NCBI RefSeq assembly: GCF_006345805.1
Contig: NC_043014.1
Coordinates: 25,916,001 to 25,980,000 of the forward strand
Length of the DNA: 64,000 nucleotides
Direction of reading: 5' to 3'
Source: Octopus sinensis
Taxonomy: Eukaryota
A model generated the notes under the pieces. The model was given only the letters and a program-made list of their open reading frames with translations. It had not been told where the DNA came from and made no database searches. Position 1 is the stretch's first letter. Each line of letters opens with the position of its first letter. Made by a program: the position numbers and the translations under genes. This document shows, one piece after another, positions 53,120 through 64,000 of the stretch.

Positions 53120-53297
53120 CTGGGAAATATATTATATATATTACAGATTAATGAATCACAGTATAAATCATGCTGCCGATTTTTAAAACAAATGAAATAG
53201 TGCTATATAAGATTATCACAGTCTGGAAATCTTAAGGACCTTAATCCATTTTCGCGCATGCAAGCAAAATACACACGCACATACAGATACACACACA

Positions 53298-53335
<38 letters not shown>

Positions 53336-54835
53336 TACAAACGTACATGCACATACAATATAATATTAGCACATACCAAGTTTTACCTGTCTTCTGCGAA
53401 CGAAAACTGTTATAAGGAAGCTTAATATTCCAACAAACAAACTCATAAGAAGTAATAAATATACTCGTCTAATCTTGTTTGCTATCCTCAGAATCTTTCG
53501 CTTAGACTTGAAACTCTTATATCGAAGTATCCCGTATCTTTATTTGTGCACATAAGAGAAAGTTCTCCGCTATTCATATTTGATTTACCCTTACTTTCTG
53601 GAGTAAAAAGCTATTGCTACATTGTGAACTTTGATGGAGTAATTTCATAATTTCTTAACGCACTCGGGATTTGTTTTAATTCTTAGTACATTTTTTGCTT
53701 ATCATGTCTCGTACACATAAATGAATATCGCCAGATTCCGACTCTAAAAGGGGTAAAAAAAAAGTGGAAACATTTGAACTTGTACTTTCAATACTAAAAA
53801 CACCGAAATGAATCAATCTGACAAAATAAGAAAAAATTTATGCGGAAAGGAAATGTAACACTTGGAAACTAATACACATTCGCAGACAAATCATGGTGAA
53901 AATGGAAAAAAATTAAGTTTTGATATAGATGATGCAGCGTTATTCGTCACTCTCTCAAAGCGTTATCCCACGAAGTAGGTTAATTTTATTTAATCAATTA
54001 TAAGAAGATGCCGAAAAAGTTGTTTAAGTGCTTGCTGCTTCTTTTGGATGGTTTGAAAGGAACACGAAACCATCTAATTTTCATTGCGTTCAGCACGTTC
54101 TGATAACGGCGCTGTATCGAGATTACCCGTAAAATTGAAAGATAAAAAGAGGCAGCTATCCATCAAACCTAATTTTTAATGTAAAGTAATATTAACAAAA
54201 TTGACAATTCTCTAAAAGCTTTTTTTTTACCCTCTAAAACATTTTACTCGGAAGTACAAAGGCATAAATCATCACAAGATCGTCTCGCTTCGTTGTTAAG
54301 GGCAAATGCTATTGGGCAGTTGAAATTTAAACCATTGCTTGTTTGTTATCGTCATTCTTCGAAAGCAATGACAAATGTCTCCGTATCTAATCTGTTAAAT
54401 GAAAATTAAACAGAGTTACACTGGATTCCTTTGCTAAATCATGTATTGAATATATCTGTCTGTTTGTCCGGCATTACTGCGTGAAGAATAATTTTTAATC
54501 CAACGCACTTCTGCTTTTAGAAAATGTTTCTGCACATACTTAAGATCTCAATTCACTCCAGACTTGCGTATTCATTGAAATCAATTTAATTCTACTAAAT
54601 ACAACTTCACTATTACACCCTTTATGCCGGAGAATTCTTTCTGTTTCCTTAGAGATTAGATTTCAGATGATTACATTGGCTGATGATAAAACGTTAGACT
54701 GTCAAAGACTTCTGAATATATTATATTATGCAAGGGAAAATATATTAAAGACGCCTTGGAAAATGAAAGGGGGCAGAAAGAAAGAATGGAGAAAACTGTA
54801 ACTATAACAAGAAATGAGATATGTATGTAACTTAC

Positions 54836-54966
54836 AGCTTATGGGTGTCTTTCTCGGATGTAGCTGCAACTACTGCAGCAATAATACCAGCTGCAATACC
54901 TGGCATTCCATGTAAATTGTTCACACCACAAGTATCATGTATTTTCAAATACTTTAACAAGAAAGG
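54836..54966 (-). CDS. Rh: Rh-family paralogue B exon containing the second pore histidine
   Basis: Acceptor ttgcag and donor gtaag. Reads PFLLKYLKIHDTCGVNNLHGMPGIAAGIIAAVVAATSEKDTHK, with the hallmark DTCGV.NLHG.PG motif. Confidence 0.93.
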
Positions 54967-55022
54967 CTGCAATAGGAAAATAGAAGTAATGAAAAGCAAT
55001 GAAATAGAATGTATGCGTATAT

Positions 55023-58000
55023 GGTCGGCTCCAGCTCGTATCCGAGCATTGAGTTCGTCAGTTTCCATCCAGTCTCCTCGGCTGATGTTTGTGCCGAAAG
55101 TGTCTTTGGAGTCCAAGTCAGTGGTGAAAGAGTCGTAGATAGAACTCGCACAGGATGGTCGGAGCAGATCGAGGATGTTGAAGACGCTTCTTTCTTCTCC
55201 TGCGTTTTGCCTCCTCATTCTATTGTTTGTTCTGCTCGAAGCGGCTGCTCCATTGCGGATAGCAGTCCTCCGGGCTGTCCTATCTATGGCAATCCGCTCA
55301 CATGAGAATGGCTGGATGTTAGCCATGGTCCGTTTGAGCTGGTCTTTAAAACGGAATTTCGGACCTCCTCTGGGTCTTGTTCCGATTGCGAGTTCTCCGT
55401 AGAGTATGAACCTTGGGAGACGAGAGGGCTCCATACGCTGGACGTGATCCGCCCAGCGGAGACTTGGTAGTGAGGTGCGGCGAAGAACCTCATTGTTGGT
55501 ATCGTGATCTTCCCATTGTATGTTGGGAATCTGCCGTAGCTTCGATTGGTGGAAGCATTCAAGACGCTTGAAGTCACGGTGGTATAACGTGCAAGTCTCA
55601 CAAACGTAGAGTAGAGTTGATAGGACAATGAACTTTGTCCGGATGGTCAGCGCGTGATTGAAGAATATACGTTGGCTGAGTCTGCCGAAGGCTGAGTGGG
55701 CCTCCCCAGTCCGGTTCTCCACGTCCGTTTCACACATGGGGATCTTCGAAAGGATACTTCCAAGGTATGTGAAGTGTTCAACTTCTTCTGGGGTTGGCCG
55801 TTGATGCTAATCTTTGTGGGTGGACTGTTCTGGCCTGGTGCAGGTTGGATCAGTGTCTTGGTCTTTAATGTGTTTACCTACATCCCGAAGCGATCGTAAG
55901 CCGCGTTGTAAAGACCGGCTGTCCTTTGTAGGCCATCTACGGTCCCGATCGGAGTTTCATTGTCGTCGGAATGCAACATCTCACGGACTGAGATAGCGGA
56001 GGTCCTCGTCTTTACAAGGACGTGTGCGAGATTGAAGAGTCCGCCAACAAAGCGATAGCGTATGTTGATGGAAGGCGAGTCTAGTTGGATTTCGTTGAAC
56101 ATGGCGGCCATGTACAAAGAGAAACAGGTTGGTGCCAGGACGCATCCTTGCTTAAGAGCCTCAGTGATGGGAAAGAGGTCTGTGAGGGAGTTTTGATGGT
56201 ATACTCTACCCACTATGCCGTCGTGGATGGAGCGGACCAAGGTGATGAAGTCCTCCGGATATCCAAACCGGGCAAGGACGGCTCACATTGCAGGGTGGGG
56301 GACCTTTCAAAGGCTTTCTTTAGATCCCTGAAGATGAACATTGCAGGCTGTTGCTGTTCCTGACACTTCTCCTGGAGTTGATGGGAACAAAAGATCATGT
56401 TGATTGTGCCTCGAGAGGGTCGAAAGCCACAGGATGAGAAAGCGATTGAGTAGGATACGAGTCAAGATTTTACTTGCAATACTCAGGAGTGAGAAGCCCC
56501 GATAGTTGTTGCTATCCTCTCGGTCTCACTTCTTGTAGATAGTGATGATAGTTGCATGGCAGAAGTCGTTCGTGGGGGTGGCGTCTTGCTTTCCCAGATA
56601 TTGAGGGTAAGGAGCATCAGATGATTTCTCAGCTCAGGACCTCCGTGCTTGAAAAACTCAAACGGGATGTTGTCTGGTCTTGGAGCTTTCCCCGGCTTCA
56701 TGCTCGCAAGTGCCTTGTTGAACTAATGATGTGAGGGCAGCAGGGAATCCGATGGCAGATGGGGAGCTGTGGGGTGTTTTGGAGGAGATCGCCAGGAGTG
56801 CGTGAGTGGTCGTTAAGTAGGCACTCAAAATGGGAATCCCTGGATGTCGGTTATCGTAGAGCCAGCTGCGATCTTCAGGACGCCCTCAGGATGACCTTGT
56901 GGGGCCGAAGATCTTGGTTGCGACATAAAAGCTGCGCAAGTCTCGTTGGTCCGCATAGTTTTGCATCTCCTCTGCTTTCTTCTGCCACCAGATGTTCTGA
57001 GCTTCTCGAATTCCCCCCTGGCATTCCGCTGATGCTTGCTGGTGTTTTCATTTGTTCTCCACAGTGGCATGGTTCTCGAGGGCTAGGTCCACAATTTGGC
57101 TTTGATAAGACGGGAGATGTTTCATCATTATCGTCAAACCAGTCCTGGTCCATCTTCCGAGCAAAGCCAATCGGCTCTTCGGCAGCAGCGGTCATGGTTT
57201 CACGAATGCTGGATGGTGCGGTCCAACAGGTTGTAGAACGAAGCTTTGACGTCGTCTTCAGATGTGAGGGTAGGGGCATACACAGAGATCAGCGTAAGGA
57301 ATCTGTCTTGAATGAATGGGATCCGAACAGTCATCAGGCACTCACTGACGGCAGTTGGGACGAGTCTGTGTTGGTCCACGATTTGCGTTTTGATGGCAAG
57401 GCCAATTCCATGGATGCGTTAGGATTCTTCCCCTTCGTTATATATTTAGAGCCAGCTTCTTTGATGCTGCCTTCTCCGGGAAGCGTAGTCTCGCTCAAGG
57501 CTGCCACGTCAATGTTGAAGCAGGAAAGTTCCTTACAAACGAGGGCTGTACGTCGCTCTGGTCGGTTAATGTCGCTCTTGTCCTAGAGAGTGCGGATGTT
57601 CCAGGTCACGAAAGCGAGAGGTTGTGGAACAGTAGAGTTCTGACCGCGAAGCGGGAGGTCCGCCAGCCGAAGTATGCTGGCCAGATCGAGTTGCCGTGTC
57701 CGATGTTTACCTCACCTTTTCTAGGGGCTTCCCCTTGAGGGGTTGGCTGCGGTAATCATAAAGAGGCCAGCCCAATCACGAATTTAGCTACCGATCTCCA
57801 ATGTCACGGCTATTCGTTGGAGAGCGACTACCTGAGATTCGCCGCCAATGTGTGGTCACAGACTAGAAGCTTCCAGCTTTCCAGGCCTGCTTTCGGTGCT
57901 CACGACACCATCATCATTCGGCCTTTTGAGATAGATTAGAAAGACAAAGCCATTGCGTTTCTCCACAAAGAACGTCTCCATTGCAGTTCAATAATTGAGA

Positions 58001-58234
58001 CGTGCAGTCTTGATGAGGCTGGTTGCAGCGAGCTGCTGGAGTCTATCCGCCTTTGTCGTACCTGCCCACTATGCGTTGCCCTCCTCCACCGGAATCAATC
58101 CGTGGGGGCTTGAGATAGCCCTCCTCCACTTGCTCAGCCGTTGGGTGGCCCTACAAGGAGTCTAAGTCTCCAAACGGTATCACTCTCAGAATCATTGGAA
58201 CACACAAGCTCTTCCACTACGACAAAGGACGACC
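55023..58234 (-). mobile_element. RTE (BovB-like) LINE, ~3.2 kb, decayed, with a 10-bp target site duplication
   Basis: TSD ATGCGTATAT at 55013-55022 and 58235-58244. APE motifs TWNIRTL, ALSET and SVYAPT; RT motifs CGFRP, DLKKAF and KQGCVLAP; YADD has decayed to HSDD. C-terminal ILYGEL..RPRGGPKFRFKD. Confidence 0.9.
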
Positions 58235-59856
58235 ATGCGTATATACATGGTGGCTGTTGACTCATAAAGGAGTACGACCATCGTTGACGAATTATCTTAT
58301 CCAAATCCCAGGCTAAAATTTAAAATCAATAACAGCTTGTATAACACCGCTAAAACTCACCCTCATTGCCAAGTAGTTTTTGTCTTCAATACAAATGAAT
58401 ACAAATGAATCTATTTTCAGAAAAACAGGGCCGTAAACTTAGCTTAAATATTTTCTAAGTTTAGATGTTTGTTCATAAAAAAATTCATTACTCTTATCTA
58501 TGTCAAACTTAGAGTGACATATAAGTCTAATTAAAGGGTCAGTTTTGGTTTAAAGGCTGCTCAAATTCTTGAAATAACGCATTTCATTAACACCTCCACA
58601 TTTTTTCTCCTTTTATTTTCTCTTTGCCTTAATCTGAAGAATCATTTGGTCACTTAACTCGACTGCTATTACATTTAGTTCGCTTTAACGTATCTTAGAG
58701 GAACACCCTGAAAAAGTCAAATGATCGTGTATATCATTGGATCTACATAGTACTGTAATCTTATATGCTGGGATTAAAGATTAAAGATGCATAATTTTTC
58801 ATCCCTCATTGTGTTTTTCTGATATACTCTGGAATTTTATACGAAATTCTTCGAAGTGAGCACAAAATTTACTAACTGAAAGGGGAACAGTTATAATTTT
58901 TGGACATACATGGCTTCTGATGTTTCCTACTGGTAATTATGCTTTGCCAAGTTCGGATTACAATAGTATGTTCATAAAATATCTGCATGGATTTTGAAAT
59001 CCCTATTCCACACACACACACACACACGAGATGCGTTACATAAGTTTGAGATTTTTTAGGATAGGCAGCTATAACTGTCGTAGGTCATTGTAATTTTAGT
59101 ATATCATTACTATATATCTAATAAGCTGACATGCCAACACTTTTTTTGCAGCTTGAAGGCGACACTCTACTAAACACTACTTGCCATAACCGACTTGTTT
59201 GCAGAATGCAGTCGGGACGTGAAGATAATTTGGAAGTGGTTTGAGCTTGTCTGGCAAAGTTGGTAGCTAGAAGCTTAGTGGGACAAAGAGAAATCCCTGT
59301 AAAAAGGTCGGGTCAACAAACATCTAACATTTGCACCGAGACAAGAAATACTTGTAATTAGCAACGGACGCGCCGCAAGACCATATAAGAGTGAGATACT
59401 GCTTGTTCATGTTAGAACATGTTAGAAAGATTCTATGATGTGGAACTTGAGAATATTTCCGCTTTTTGTCACCCGAGACTGGCCAGCAGGAGTAAAGCTG
59501 TTCTACCCGAAAAAGAGTGGGGTTTTGTGCACGATTCACAGATTATAATCAATTTCACGTTCTTAGAAAAAACTTTATGGGGAAAATATTTTGCAGCGAT
59601 GAGCACTAATGGAACATACAGGATTGACCAGCTGGAAGTATGCAATTATAAGCTTGCACGTAAGTTGATTCGTAACTTATTTTCCAAATTACGGCGATGG
59701 AGAGACTCGGCAGCACCTCGCGTAAACCGAACAGTTCTTTCCAGGGTAACACTGCTCACCTTTAAACTAGGAAGGAGCTAGGAAATGTGGTCAAACAAAT
59801 ATGTGTGTGGTGTATTTCAACGTTTATGTATGAGAAAGTAAGTCTATGTATGTATG

Positions 59857-59890
<34 letters not shown>

Positions 59891-60598
59891 TGTATGTATG
59901 TATGTATGTATGTGTGTATATATGTATGTGTATGTGGGCGCGTGCGTGTCAACGCTTCATGTTCAGGATTAGATATTCAAATTCAAATTTGGTTTTGCAT
60001 ACACAATTAAAAACGATTATCAAATTTTTTCCCGTTTGGAAAAACATTTCTGCCTGTCAAGCTATCAAAACAGACCCTTCGTTATCGCTCGATTGGCTAG
60101 AAACAACAAGATCAGCTAGAAATGAGACCACACTTTGCCATCTTAAAAACGATAAGACGACATTATCTAATTTAAGACTACATCAGATGTCTTACAAACT
60201 CAAGAAAGGACGAAATGAATGCTGCTAGAATACATTTATCATATGTAAGCTTACAGGACGATGGTTGAGGTAGGATTAAACAACCTCAACAACCACAAAA
60301 GGTAAAAAAGCCTCTGGTACAACTTGAACAAAAATCGTAAAATAATGAGGACTAGGATGAACTAGTAGCACATACCTTGAGCTGGCAATAAGGAATCACT
60401 ATCTGCAAGCTTTAACCGAAGCACTATCTCAACACAGATTAGATCCAAATAGTTCAACTTATTTCCTTATATACATTAAAAAAGTACATAGAAGCAATGG
60501 TCATATCTTTCTAATTTACTTCAGGGGCTTCTTGCTTGTAAACGTAGAACTTTGTTTCTCATATAAGAAGTCTAAATATGAATAGTTGCATTATTTAC

Positions 60599-60736
60599 CT
60601 GTATGTATACAAATCCGACCACAGATAGCAAGCCAACCAAACACCCAGCAATCATAGCTGCATATGGCTGTAAAAGAATATCTGCACATGCACCAACAAC
60701 GACGCCACCAGCAAGAGTTGAGTTCTGGATATGAAC
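60599..60736 (-). CDS. Rh: Rh-family paralogue B exon
   Basis: Acceptor ttctcag and donor gtaaat; phase 0/0. Reads VHIQNSTLAGGVVVGACADILLQPYAAMIAGCLVGLLSVVGFVYIQ. Confidence 0.93.
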
Positions 60737-61667
60737 CTGAGAAAAAGAAAGGATCAAGATATGAGTCTAATAAAAGATAAGTTTACTTCTTGTCTCATAC
60801 CACATAAACTCCTTCACAACATTACACTCTCTTGTGTGCTCCTCGTAGTTAATACTAAACCAGCAGAGTACGTTACCTATTTCTAATTGGTAACTCGGAT
60901 CATTCGAATTTATATACGTCAGCAATGCTTTCAAGAAAAGCCCGATCATCATAAATTTCGTAATTTTTCTCAACAATGTAGTCAGAAAGGATTGACACCT
61001 ATCAATGGATATTGCTGATTTGAAATGTCATTTAGAAACGAGAACATTTGATAAATGGTTTGATGTAACACACAATATTCGGTTATTTTTTGATAACGAC
61101 ATTTGATCTTTTTCTGCAGTTAAAACGCTCGGTCAGGAGGTTTCTGCTACTCTCATATTTAATGGATAAAATACAGATCTTTCATTCTACGATGATTAAT
61201 CTATTTCATTACACGTTTATCGACAATTGATGAAGAGTTTCTGATATGATAACATGACTTCTTATACTCTTTAAAATGATACAAGTCTACCACAGACATT
61301 CGAATATCGTTTTGGGAATGAGAACCATTGCATATCATAGCAAAATCAAATCAAAGCAATATGTTTCCTCAGAGCGATCGACCGTGATAACTTAAGAAAT
61401 GATGCCATAAACCACTGAACAATAAATACAACAAACGTAAGTGTAAATGTACGTGTGTTTTAAATAGCTTGTATGACTCTATTTTGAAGTTCTTGTTTTA
61501 TTTTTTCCAACATATGATCTCAGATCAGAATAATTACTAAAAGAACAAGAAAGCGCTGGATAATTTGAACCAACAATTGAACGTCTACGTTGTCACTTGA
61601 TCCTTTAGATATAGCAGTCAAATCCCCTCTCTAAGGACAGTTATTGTCATGCTATTCTGGTCCTGTA

Positions 61668-62050
61668 TGTGGCGGCTCAATGGTCCAGTGGTTAGGGCAG
61701 CGGAGCCGTGGTCATAAATTCGCGGTTTCGATTCCCAGACCGGGCATTGTGAGTGTTTATTGAGCGAAAACTCCTAAAGCACCACGCGGCTCCTGGAGGG
61801 GGTTGTGGCAAACTCTGCTGTACTCTTTCACCACAACTTTCTCTCACTCTTTTTTTCTGTTTCTGTTGTACCTGTATTTCAAAGGGCCTGCCTTGTCACA
61901 CTCTGTGTTACGCTGAACCTCTCCGAGAACTACGTTAAGGGTACATGTGTCCGTTGAGTGCTCAGCCACTTACACGTTAATTTCGCGAGCAGGCTGTTCC
62001 GTTGATTGAATCAACTGGAATCCTCGTCATCGTAACCGACGGAGCGCCAC
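61668..62050 (+). mobile_element. tRNA-head SINE, third family
   Basis: A-box-like TGGTCCAGTGGT and B-box-like GTTTCGATTCC in a tRNA-like head, followed by a ~300-nt body unlike families 1 and 2. Confidence 0.6.
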
Positions 62051-62059
62051 GAAGCCCTA

Positions 62060-62275
62060 TATACAACATACAAAGGTGGAATGGTCACAGCTGGAATGCC
62101 TTAGATCATAAGCCTGCTCTTTACATTCTGAGTTCAAATTCTGCTGAGGTGAACTTTGCATTTCATCATTTCCTTGTTAATAAAATAAAGTACCGGTCAA
62201 GTACTGGGGTTGTTGTAATCAACTTGTTTCTTCTACTCAAGGCTGCTGGCTTTGTGCCTAAATCAGAAATCATTG
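62060..62275 (+). mobile_element. Decayed family-2 (Nin-domain) SINE
   Basis: GAGTTCAAATTCTGCTGAGGTGAACTTTGCATTTCATC..AAAATAAAGTACC; tail GGC-TTTGT-GCC. Confidence 0.65.
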
Positions 62276-62599
62276 ATATATAATTGTTGTTGTTATTTTG
62301 TTGTGCATCCTCGCACTGGTCCTTTGTCGATTATCGAGTATACAAAGAAAGAAAAAACAAAAAGTTTGTTTTTTGAAAAGGAAAGGAACTTTAATCATGT
62401 CCCCTATAGAAGCTAAAGTGGCAGTCCTGACCTACGCGTAGCATAAAATACCCTCTATCGGCCGTAATGTGCGTAATATTCGAAGTGAAAGACGGGGAAA
62501 AAAAGAAGCCGGGTTGATGTGGTACACAATTATACAGAGGAGCTCGTAACTATAATATTTGGAAATGATAGAGCGCAAGAAAATAGAGGATCGGGATAA

Positions 62600-62676
<77 letters not shown>

Positions 62677-63674
62677 AGAGAGGCGGGCAGGAGAAATAGA
62701 GAGAAATGAGGGATATGGCAAGAACGGAAAAAAGACAAAGATAAAGAAGGAGATAGAAGATAAATGTGATTCTGAGTTCGGATAATTCGAATAATTAATC
62801 AAATCTTTTGAAATAAATCGTTTCAAAAATATTCATACATGCACGATTTTTAGTTATATGAAAAGTATTGGACTGGATTCAAACTATCTGCCTTTATTTC
62901 TAAATTCAGCTTTTTGTTTATTATGATAGTGTACACAGGATATCCTCTATCGGTGAAGGATATTGAATGATTAGCTATCACACCTATGGATATTAATGTC
63001 CCTTGAAAGTTTTTTTTTGGGGTGTGTGAAAAACTAGGAAAGCAGAAGAAAAAAAAAACAGCTTCATAAATAACAACAACAGTGCCATAGGCTGTTGTTC
63101 CAACAAACCATCATTCGCTCGCTGGAAATCGCAGACAAGATCGTTCAACCGTCAGTCTCTGAAGCTGACAATGCAGAAGACCACCTCAGTAGTATACTCG
63201 ATAACAATCAATGAGCAAGTCGCTTGACTCTCCATTATCTATATTATCCACTAATTTCCGTCAACTGATCTTATTGGAATTATCTCATTTGTTATTGCAT
63301 TTCACCTTTTCGGAGGTGATAAAATAAGTACTAATCAACGTAACCACAAAAGCTAGTACCGTTATTTTTGTTTGAAAGTTATTTTATGTTTTGTCACGTT
63401 TCCACATTTCATTATCTTATGCGTTTCGTACTTTCTTTAAAAGTTTGGAAAGAATACACAAGGCTATATCATCCTGTATATACAAAAAGACATGATGATA
63501 TATATTACATAAACAAAAAGATAATAATTCAGAAGGTGGAGACTAGTATAAAAATGTTTCTCTAAAGATAAGATTATTAATCTGGAAAATTATAATCGTA
63601 TTAACTGGTTTAAGACATCTTAAAATCAAGACATATGAAATCAAGTTAAAATCTAAAAGAAAAAAAAAACTTAC

Positions 63675-63838
63675 CATATCAAGTTTTCCTTTTTTATCTA
63701 TCGCAGAGGAAGCAGCAAATACTATGACAGTGCATGCACAAAGGGAAAGAAGCGTGTTGAGAATGGCATTTTGCCTGGCCTCATCGGCAGCTGCAGCACT
63801 GTTGAAACTTGGCCAGAATGCCCACAAAAATATGGTAC
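63675..63838 (-). CDS. Rh: Rh-family paralogue B exon (WPSFN motif); upstream exons lie beyond the window
   Basis: Acceptor tatttcag and donor gtaag. Reads GTIFLWAFWPSFNSAAAADEARQNAILNTLLSLCACTVIVFAASSAIDKKGKLDM. Confidence 0.93.
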
Positions 63839-64000
63839 CTGAAATAGGTGACGACACTAGTTTGAATGTTTGGTTTATTACTGATTTCTTTTTTGCTTCT
63901 TAATTCTAAGAAACGTAGTGAGGATCATTTTGATTACTGAGAACATTGTATGCCTATTGATGTTGTTTTAAACAATTCTTTACTCGACCAAGCATTACCT

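Noticed and set aside
59419-59781. 120-aa intronic ORF
   Set aside because: No recognisable domain or splice context; probably a decayed repeat.

Overview
AT-rich, microsatellite- and transposon-dense animal genomic DNA, most likely an octopus (inferred from the SINE families and repeat landscape; not verified by search). The only host-gene content I can support is the 3' ends of two convergent (tail-to-tail) Rh/Amt-family ammonia-channel paralogues: RhA on + (last 2 coding exons, 10558-10685 and 14775-14944) and RhB on - (last 5 coding exons, 63838 down to 44767). Splice sites, phases and reading frames were checked by hand. The ~30 kb between them and the introns hold mobile DNA. The centrepiece is a head-to-tail pair of young, near-intact L1-superfamily (Tx1-type) LINEs (22153-27813, 27829-33673), each bounded by (ATT)n, with internally deleted R4/Dong-like elements on both sides. 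The main candidate for a new system is a short hairpin with a CUUGU loop, with compensatory stem changes, just before the A-rich 3' end of three element classes: the autonomous Tx1 LINEs, a diverged ORF1-only relative with no ORF2 (45140-46825) and tRNA/Nin-domain SINEs. This suggests a LINE plus two non-autonomous partners sharing one 3' recognition signal. Also present: minimal hammerhead ribozymes in Penelope-type repeats, an RTE LINE with a 10-bp TSD next to an RhB splice acceptor, mariners, a Chapaev-like transposase remnant, a Gypsy remnant, several Helitrons and a 100-N assembly gap. Boundaries of old, decayed repeats are approximate, and novelty is unverified without database searches.
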